Assembly (NCBI GenBank): GCA_014729135.1
Contig: WJKK01000001.1
Span: 389,462-453,461, forward strand
Length of the DNA stretch: 64,000 nt
Direction: 5' to 3'
DNA from: a candidate division WWE3 bacterium
GTDB lineage: Bacteria > Patescibacteriota > WWE3 > UBA101185 > UBA10185
Shown here: piece after piece, positions 57,653 to 64,000 of the stretch
How positions within the stretch are numbered: the stretch's first letter is position 1
How the letters are laid out: each line of letters opens with the position of its first letter
Program-made: the position numbers and the translations under genes
The notes under the pieces: generated by a model
The model's input: the letters and a program-made list of their open reading frames with translations, nothing else
The model's database searches: none
Told to the model about the DNA's origin: nothing

Positions 57653-59304
57653 TTAGGCAGATTCTTACTCATATAAAGCTTTTCAAGCTCAAAACCCCTC
57701 TTTCTGTAATACTCCCTTGTGCCTATAGCAGAAATAACACTTAACTTTTTCAAACCTTGCACTTTAGCAATTTCTTCAGCCCTTTCCAAAAGCTTAGTGC
57801 CCAGACCCAGATGCTGTGCTTTTCCCTCCATCTCCTTTCCAATAGGAACAACCTGACCATAAACATGAATTTCCCTTATAATTGCGGAATTTTCAAGCTC
57901 CTCTATAAAATGCCCCTTTTGATATTTTCTTTTTGGAATTGAAAGACGCAAAAAACCAGCTATCTCATCCTTTTTTGTTACAAATGAAATGAAGTACTCT
58001 GTTGAAATCGTAGTCTTATATTTTTGTACCTGCAGCTCCAAGTCCTCTTGAGTCACTTCTTTGTTTTTAATTTCCCGGCATCTAATGCACTTACAGGAGT
58101 TGCCTTCCTTTTTAAGCTTATTAAAAACCAGCTGCCTTAGATTAGATCTTTTTGTTCCTGCTGCAATCTCCTGAGAGGGTATGTCCCGCATAACTCTTGT
58201 GATTCTGCAGAATTTAGGCACTTGCTTTTTAAGTTCAGCCACAAGATTTACCAGAGTTTCTTCTGCATAAGGAGTGTATTTGCCTGCTTCGAAAAGTTCG
58301 TGAAGTTTTGTGTTTTCAATTACCGAAGTAGGGTAGATTTTTAATTCATCCGGTTGAAAATCCTTTGACCATAGCTTTTTAAAATCCTTTACATCTTTTT
58401 TAGGAGTTGCCCCATGCAGATTTACCATCCAATGAGCCTGAATTTTAAATCCTGCCAAACGCAGCAGCTCAAAAGCCTTCTTAATTTGTTTTACGGTATG
58501 ATCGCGTTTGTTTAATTTAAGCAGTTTATTATTAAGAGTTTGCACGCCAATTTGCACTTTTGTACACCCTAAACTTCGCAAGTGAATTACTTCCTCTTTG
58601 GTTATTAGATCCGGACGAGTTTCCAAGGAAAGGCCCACACATTTGTGTTTTGCAGTTTCGTTAATTTTCTGCTGCTCTCGTAGCTCTTTTAAAGTTGCTT
58701 TTTTTTCTGGATTTTTCTTTTTGCTCTGTTTCTTTTCCGTTGGATTATTCGAAGCCTCAAAACACCTCTTTATAAACCAAACCTGATAACCCTTTGGATA
58801 CGCCGACCAAGAACCTCCCAAAACAATTAGTTCCACTTTTTCGGTATTATGCCCAATATTTTTTAGCGCCTGAATACGCCTCTGCACCTGCAAATAAGGA
58901 TCAAAATTTAAAGCTGCAGCTCTTTGGGCCCCCGGTTCACTTTCTATATAGCTTTTTGGCATATTTGGCTCATTAGGGCAATAAATACATTTTCCCGGAC
59001 ATGGCCAAGGCTTTGTTAGCACCGTTACCGGAGTTACTCCCGATTGCGTGCGAATGGGCTTCATCCTAATTCTTTTGATAATCTTTTTATTTGGTTCAAG
59101 GAGGTTGTTTTTTACAAGATGTTTATAGCCTCTTAAAAGGTCGTTCTTGCTAAACATATGCTTTCCATCTTTGGGGTGCTGCGCTTGAATCTGTCTAAGC
59201 CTGTCTTTATCCCACTTTTCCTCAGTTTGAATAGCTTTCAAAATTTTCAGCAGGATCTTTTCGTATTTTTCTGCCTCAAACTTATATTTTTGCGTCTTGT
59301 ACAT
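57646..59304 (-). CDS. elp3: Elp3-family radical SAM / GNAT acetyltransferase
   Basis: 552 aa; CPGKCIYC CxxxCxxC radical-SAM cluster; C-terminal GNAT with QHLGLGTKLLERAEEIA. Confidence 0.8.
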   Translation of the reverse strand: MYKTQKYKFEAEKYEKILLKILKAIQTEEKWDKDRLRQIQAQHPKDGKHMFSKNDLLRGYKHLVKNNLLEPNKKIIKRIRMKPIRTQSGVTPVTVLTKPWPCPGKCIYCPNEPNMPKSYIESEPGAQRAAALNFDPYLQVQRRIQALKNIGHNTEKVELIVLGGSWSAYPKGYQVWFIKRCFEASNNPTEKKQSKKKNPEKKATLKELREQQKINETAKHKCVGLSLETRPDLITKEEVIHLRSLGCTKVQIGVQTLNNKLLKLNKRDHTVKQIKKAFELLRLAGFKIQAHWMVNLHGATPKKDVKDFKKLWSKDFQPDELKIYPTSVIENTKLHELFEAGKYTPYAEETLVNLVAELKKQVPKFCRITRVMRDIPSQEIAAGTKRSNLRQLVFNKLKKEGNSCKCIRCREIKNKEVTQEDLELQVQKYKTTISTEYFISFVTKKDEIAGFLRLSIPKRKYQKGHFIEELENSAIIREIHVYGQVVPIGKEMEGKAQHLGLGTKLLERAEEIAKVQGLKKLSVISAIGTREYYRKRGFELEKLYMSKNLPNQ

Positions 59305-59340
59305 GCGCGTATTTTAGCACTAAGGTATAATCTTCATGTT

Positions 59341-60330
59341 GTGAAACTAAAAACGGAAAAGTCAGAAAATACCTCCGCGGAAAAAAACAAAAAGGGGAAG
59401 CTTTTAAAAACAGGCCTAAAAATACTTGTAAGCTCGGTTCTTTTGTACGTCATTTTCTCCAGAATCGATAAAGAAAGCTTCATTCAAAACATAAGCCTTA
59501 TGGATTTGCGTCTAGCCCCCTTCATCATAGGTTTTATAATTCTTAACTACATAGTAAGCGCTTTTCGTTGGAAGCAGCTTCTTATCTATAAGGAAACACG
59601 TCAAGTGAAGCTTCCTTATCTAATAAATCTCTATTTCATCGGTTCTTTTTTCAACAACTTTATGCCTACAAGCATAGGTGGCGATGTGTTTAAGATGTAC
59701 CAACTTGGCCGCAAAATAGGTAATGCAGCAAAAGGCCTTTCCGCAACTTTCATGGAGCGTTTTACAGGAATCATTGCTTTGGTGACGATTTCCTATTTTG
59801 GTTTAATTAGAACGCTTCCGTTTTGGGTGGAAATGTTACCTGCAGATGCTCAAGCCAATCCCTTGTTGGTTACACTTTTTAAAGTCGTTTTATTTACGGG
59901 ATTTTGGATAGCTGCCGTCATTGGGTTTTTCTCTTTAAGCATTTTAGCCAAAAAAATATCCTTTTTTGAAAAAATCTATTCAGCACTTATTTCCTATAAG
60001 AACAACACGAAGCCTCTTTTTAAAGCCTTTTTAATTTCATTTGCCGTCCAACTCCTTTCAATTTTCACCCAATACTTCATTTTCCTTTCTTTAGGCGTGG
60101 AATTACCTTTGTTCTATTCCTTTTTTGTGTTTCCCGTTATAACTTTAGCCGGATTTTTTGTGCCTTCCTTAAATGGTCTTGGTGTTCAGGATGCCCTATA
60201 TATCAGCTTTATGGGAATGGTTGGAGTTTCGGAATCTTTAGCTTTAAGCGCCTCTATTCTTTATCATCTCTCCCGACTTTTGGTAAGCTTAATTGGAGGA
60301 GTTTTATATGCCCTGGGAAAAAATGAATAA
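59341..60330 (+). CDS. flippase-like (LPG-synthase TM / UPF0104) membrane protein; start uncertain
   Basis: ORF 59158 overlaps elp3; GTG at 59341 follows TATAAT at 59325-59330; IGSFFNNFMPTSIGGDVFK core motif. Confidence 0.5.
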   Translation: MKLKTEKSENTSAEKNKKGKLLKTGLKILVSSVLLYVIFSRIDKESFIQNISLMDLRLAPFIIGFIILNYIVSAFRWKQLLIYKETRQVKLPYLINLYFIGSFFNNFMPTSIGGDVFKMYQLGRKIGNAAKGLSATFMERFTGIIALVTISYFGLIRTLPFWVEMLPADAQANPLLVTLFKVVLFTGFWIAAVIGFFSLSILAKKISFFEKIYSALISYKNNTKPLFKAFLISFAVQLLSIFTQYFIFLSLGVELPLFYSFFVFPVITLAGFFVPSLNGLGVQDALYISFMGMVGVSESLALSASILYHLSRLLVSLIGGVLYALGKNE

Positions 60331-61945
60331 ACTATTTACAAATAAGGTTCTCCTGATTTTTGTTTTCATAGTGCTTTTTGCTGCAACCCGCCTTCCTTAT
60401 TTAGGTAAAGATGCCATTAATCCCGATGCTGTTAATTGGCACTATCGTTCAGAGCAGTTTGTTGTGGGTTTAAAAAATGGAATTTGGGAAAAGACCTATC
60501 AGCATTATCACCCGGGAGTTACTTTGATGTGGGTTTTAGGGCCAACGGTTGAGGTTGCTCGGCAGATTAATCCGGAGTTTCGGGTTTACGATCATCATAA
60601 CTTTTTATATTTGCATACTTTAGGTAAGCAGGTTTTGGTGGCGGTTCAGTTGATTCTTTCTTTAGGGGTTTTGTACGTTTTTTCCAAAATTTTAGGTTTT
60701 TACAAAGGGTTTTTTGTGACGGCGCTTTTTTCTTTAGAGCCTTTTTTCATCGGAAATTCGCGGATGCTTCACATGGATGTTTTGTTGACGCTGTTTTTGT
60801 GTTTGGGCTTGGGTCTTGCTTATTTAGGCCTTTTTTCCGGAAAAGCTTTTAGTAAATCCTCTGAGGGGACTGTCTCTTCAACTGGGCTTTCCAGCAAAGG
60901 TATTTTCAAAACCGGGAACCCCTCAATAGCACTCATCTTCTCCGGAGTCTTTTTAGCGCTTGCTTTCCTAACTAAGAGCATTGCTATAGGGGCCATTCTT
61001 TTTGTTTTAGGCATGGCTGTTTTAGTAAAACTAAAAACCCCCAAGGAATTACCGAAGACTTTATTGCTAATACTTGTCCCTTTTGTTGCGGCTTTATTTC
61101 TGTTCTTTCCGGCACTTTGGGTAGAGCCTGTTCATACCATAGTTCGAATTTTTGATGAAGCCGAACGCGTGGGAATTAGAAAAGGGCATGGTCAGATTTA
61201 TTTTGGCAAGTACACACGAGATCCAGGATTGTTTTTTTATCCTGTTGTGATCTTTTTAAAAACTTCTCCCGTTTTGCTTTTAGGAGTTTTAGCTTTTCTT
61301 GCAACTCTGCTAAAGGCCTCTAAAGGCAAACCTCTAGTTCGATTTTTCCGTGACAATGAAATTTCCTTTTTAGGCTTTTTAACAATATTTTTTGCAGGAT
61401 ACATGTTGGTCATGACCATATCCTCCAAAAAGATTGATCGCTACTTAGTCCCGCTTTTTCCTTACTTAAGCTTAATGGCAGTCTTAGGCTTTGCGTCTTT
61501 AAAAAAGATAAAGAGCGCTGTAATAGTTTCACTTTCTTTACTTGCCCTACTGGCCTTAAACTACAAAGCACATCCTTATCAATTCACGTACACAACTCCT
61601 CTTGTAGGATCTGCCGAAAGAGCCCACTGGATGGTTGCCCAAAAACCTTTTGGCATAGGAATCCCTTATCTTAAAGAGTTAATCCTGGATTCCTACGGCA
61701 AAAACTACCCTCCTCTAGGTTTTTACGATACTAAGCCTATGAAAACAATTTATCCTGCCACAAAAGTAGCTGATGTTGATGTAAATGGCGTTTCGGACTA
61801 TGTGTTTTTGATTCTGGGTCCTAACGAAGAGATGCCTGAGGAAGTCTTGGATTCGCCTTATCCCTTTGAATTAGATAAAGTAGTAAATATAAATGGTTTA
61901 GATTATTGGAGAATTTATGATCGAAAAGGAAATCCCCAAGATTAA
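60293..61945 (+). CDS. GT-C membrane glycosyltransferase (PMT_2/ArnT-like), paralog A
   Basis: 550 aa polytopic; conserved QHYHPGVTLMW loop shared with the gene at 63457. Confidence 0.55.
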   Translation: MEEFYMPWEKMNKLFTNKVLLIFVFIVLFAATRLPYLGKDAINPDAVNWHYRSEQFVVGLKNGIWEKTYQHYHPGVTLMWVLGPTVEVARQINPEFRVYDHHNFLYLHTLGKQVLVAVQLILSLGVLYVFSKILGFYKGFFVTALFSLEPFFIGNSRMLHMDVLLTLFLCLGLGLAYLGLFSGKAFSKSSEGTVSSTGLSSKGIFKTGNPSIALIFSGVFLALAFLTKSIAIGAILFVLGMAVLVKLKTPKELPKTLLLILVPFVAALFLFFPALWVEPVHTIVRIFDEAERVGIRKGHGQIYFGKYTRDPGLFFYPVVIFLKTSPVLLLGVLAFLATLLKASKGKPLVRFFRDNEISFLGFLTIFFAGYMLVMTISSKKIDRYLVPLFPYLSLMAVLGFASLKKIKSAVIVSLSLLALLALNYKAHPYQFTYTTPLVGSAERAHWMVAQKPFGIGIPYLKELILDSYGKNYPPLGFYDTKPMKTIYPATKVADVDVNGVSDYVFLILGPNEEMPEEVLDSPYPFELDKVVNINGLDYWRIYDRKGNPQD

Positions 61946-63470
61946 AAAGGCTTTTACGGAAAAGATTTGCACTAAAGAGTTGTTTTGTAGAAATAAGACT
62001 TTGATTTTTCTTCTTGTTGTTGGAGGTTTGTTACGGCTGCTTGGTTTAAGGCATGGGTTTCCTTTTATTTTTCATCCGGATGAGCCTTCGGTAATTCGTT
62101 CTGCCTTAGGCATTCGTTTTTTTCCAAATCCGGATCATTTTGATTGGCCTCATCTATATTTTTATCTGAATTACTTTTTGTATATGGGATTTTCAGGTTT
62201 TCGTAACTTTTTGGAGGCGTTACGTTTAAAACCGTTTATTTCCGATATTTTCCCTCTAATTTGGAACGATCCTTTAATCTTTTATTATCTTACTCGGCTT
62301 TTTTCTGCAACTTTGGGGACATTAACAATAATCCCGCTTTATCTTTCCGGCAAAGAACTTTTCGGCAAAAGGGGAGGGATTCTGGCCGCTTCCATTTTAG
62401 CCATCTTTCCTTATCATGTTTGGCATTCTCATTACAGCGTAATTGATGTTCCAATGCTCTTTTTCTTTGCTTGGGCAGTTTATTTTTCTATAAAGGTTTT
62501 ATTTTCGGATAAGCTTTTGCATTACATTTTAGCGGGTGCATTTGTTGGTTTAGCCGCTTCCACTAAATATCATGGAGGTTTTTCCGCTTTCTTTTTAGGA
62601 TTTGTATTTTTTGCAAAGTATCTGTCTTCAAAGGATTTCCCCGGTTTATTGAAGAATAGTTACAAGCCTTTTTTAGCGGGAATAACTTCCCTAGTAACCT
62701 TTCTACTGGGAACTCCTTTTGCTCTTTTGGATTGGGAGACGTTTAGTAGCACGGATTCAGCAAAGGGGGCTTTTTGGCAGTTTACAAATGTAGGAAGCGT
62801 TTCCTTTAATCAGCAGATTTTTCAGTTTTTAAATGCCTTTATTGACAAGTTTATGCATGATTGGAGCATTACTTTTGTTTTTGCTTTTTTGCTTGCAGCA
62901 GGGTATGCGGTCTACATTTTATTTAGGCAAAAGGAGGATATCGCTTTAAAAACCAAGCTTTTAGCACTTTTCGTACCGGCTTTTACCTTTTTAGTTTATA
63001 TTTCCGGTTTTGAGAAAAATCGAAGTCACTATTACATGATTGCCTATCCATTTGTTATTTTAGGTATAAGTTGGTTTCTTTTAACTCTGGAGAAGTTTTC
63101 CAAATCCAAAGAATACGTTATGTTGTTGTTTGTTGTCTTTGCTTTTCCTGTAGTTTTATCTGTTAAGAATATGCTCATGTTTGCATTAAAGGACACGCGT
63201 GTAGTCTTACATGATTGGTACGGTATGCGCTTGGATCTGAAGTCTTATAAGTTTTATTCAGATAGTGACGAGTTGAAGGCGTCGTTAACCGGAGATGGTG
63301 GCAGTGCTAAATCTCCCGAGGATTATGTTATAGGGGAGGAGCTTTCGCCTCCTTATGTTTTAGTGAAGCAATGCTCTTCCGATAAGGAGTTTAAAGATCA
63401 AAAGCCTTTTAAAGTTATAGAAAACACCTTAAGGAGAGGTCCGGAGATCTGTATTTATGTGCAAGATTAA
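61917..63470 (+). CDS. GT-C membrane glycosyltransferase (ArnT/GT39-like)
   Basis: 517 aa polytopic; ...FIFHPDEPSVIRSALG... periplasmic-loop motif. Confidence 0.55.
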   Translation: MIEKEIPKIKKAFTEKICTKELFCRNKTLIFLLVVGGLLRLLGLRHGFPFIFHPDEPSVIRSALGIRFFPNPDHFDWPHLYFYLNYFLYMGFSGFRNFLEALRLKPFISDIFPLIWNDPLIFYYLTRLFSATLGTLTIIPLYLSGKELFGKRGGILAASILAIFPYHVWHSHYSVIDVPMLFFFAWAVYFSIKVLFSDKLLHYILAGAFVGLAASTKYHGGFSAFFLGFVFFAKYLSSKDFPGLLKNSYKPFLAGITSLVTFLLGTPFALLDWETFSSTDSAKGAFWQFTNVGSVSFNQQIFQFLNAFIDKFMHDWSITFVFAFLLAAGYAVYILFRQKEDIALKTKLLALFVPAFTFLVYISGFEKNRSHYYMIAYPFVILGISWFLLTLEKFSKSKEYVMLLFVVFAFPVVLSVKNMLMFALKDTRVVLHDWYGMRLDLKSYKFYSDSDELKASLTGDGGSAKSPEDYVIGEELSPPYVLVKQCSSDKEFKDQKPFKVIENTLRRGPEICIYVQD

Positions 63471-64000
63471 GTCTTTTATTCAAAATTTTGGTATTGAAAT
63501 TGCTGTTTTTCTCTTTTTTGTGTTGCTGCATATTCCTGGTTTGGGGAGGGAGACGTTTAATACGGATGTGTGGAAGTGGAAGGCTCGAACTTATGATTTT
63601 GGGGAGGGGGTTTTTACGCTGAATTTTGAAAAAACCATTCAAAAGTATCACCCGGGGGTTACTTTAATGTGGATAGGTACTGGGGCTGTAAAGATTTACA
63701 ATTTATATTACGATTTGGTTTTTAGCCATCCTCCTGTAAATAACGATGTCTCCACGGTTTTTGAATTGCATCTGGTTCAGAAGTTTTGTCTGGTAGTTTT
63801 TATTGCGCTTGCTTTATCTTTTTGCATCTATGTTTTAAAAAAGGAGTTTGGAAAGAGGGTTGCGCTTATTTTTGGGATTCTTGCTAGTATAGAGCCTTTT
63901 TACTACGCTTTAACTCGTGTTTTTCACTTGGAAGGTTTGATGTCGATTTTGATGTTGGCCTCTTTTCTGTGGTTTTATCATTATTTGCAGGAGAAGAAGT
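63457..64000 (+). CDS. GT-C membrane glycosyltransferase, paralog of 60293 (partial, runs off the window)
   Basis: Hand-translated from the ATG at 63457: MCKIKSFIQNFGIEIAVFLFF...KYHPGVTLMWIGTG...; no stop before position 64000. Confidence 0.5.
   Translation, partial: MCKIKSFIQNFGIEIAVFLFFVLLHIPGLGRETFNTDVWKWKARTYDFGEGVFTLNFEKTIQKYHPGVTLMWIGTGAVKIYNLYYDLVFSHPPVNNDVSTVFELHLVQKFCLVVFIALALSFCIYVLKKEFGKRVALIFGILASIEPFYYALTRVFHLEGLMSILMLASFLWFYHYLQEKK

Noticed and set aside
57757-58976. Three plus-strand ORFs of 60-62 aa inside the elp3 region
   Set aside because: Antisense to the strongly supported Elp3 gene and hydrophobic low-complexity translations.
1-64000. Scanned for CRISPR arrays, transposases, integrases, reverse transcriptases (DGR) and toxin-antitoxin pairs
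   Set aside because: No regularly spaced direct repeats, no IS-like terminal inverted repeats with a transposase ORF, and no RT motifs. The XRE/RadC pair is not a recognised TA system.

Overview
Low-GC (~40%) bacterial chromosomal segment, all standard-code ORFs, densely packed with frequent 4-70 nt gene overlaps. Inference: the source is a Candidate Phyla Radiation (Patescibacteria)-like genome, because the ribosomal cluster lacks L30, AspRS and ProRS are archaeal-type with a free-standing YbaK/ProX deacylase, a SipW-type signal peptidase is present, and there is a large GT-C/GT2/GT4 glycosylation island. Coordinates 1-15595 are a single uninterrupted ribosomal supercluster: S10-spc-alpha genes plus secY, adk, map, infA, rpmJ, rpoA, rplQ, then rplM-rpsI directly attached. 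Coordinates 15.6-20.4 kb hold an accessory module: an XRE repressor with a palindromic operator, RadC, a SipW-cognate TasA/camelysin-like secreted protein, the SipW signal peptidase and a membrane-anchored Hsp100/Clp-family AAA+ ATPase. This module is the most unusual system in the window. Coordinates 20.4-39.7 kb carry housekeeping genes (Nudix, greA, prfB with no programmed frameshift, a DUF3048 protein, recJ, aspS, ybaK, a DD-carboxypeptidase, gltX, recA-recX and rny-ymdB-hup) interspersed with unknowns. The unknowns include a protein-kinase-like ORF with a ~380-nt structured leader, a wHTH-nucleotidyltransferase fusion, and a frameshifted small acidic ORF at an A7 tract. Coordinates 39.7-64 kb are an envelope-glycosylation island: four GT4 enzymes, three Dpm1-like GT2 enzymes (one fused to GtrA), ugd, a Wzx-like flippase, and at least five large GT-C (PMT/ArnT-like) membrane glycosyltransferases including a tandem paralog array. 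A YjjX NTPase, archaeal-type proS and a bacterial Elp3 (radical-SAM + GNAT) homolog sit inside this island. I saw no rRNA, tRNA, CRISPR or transposase.
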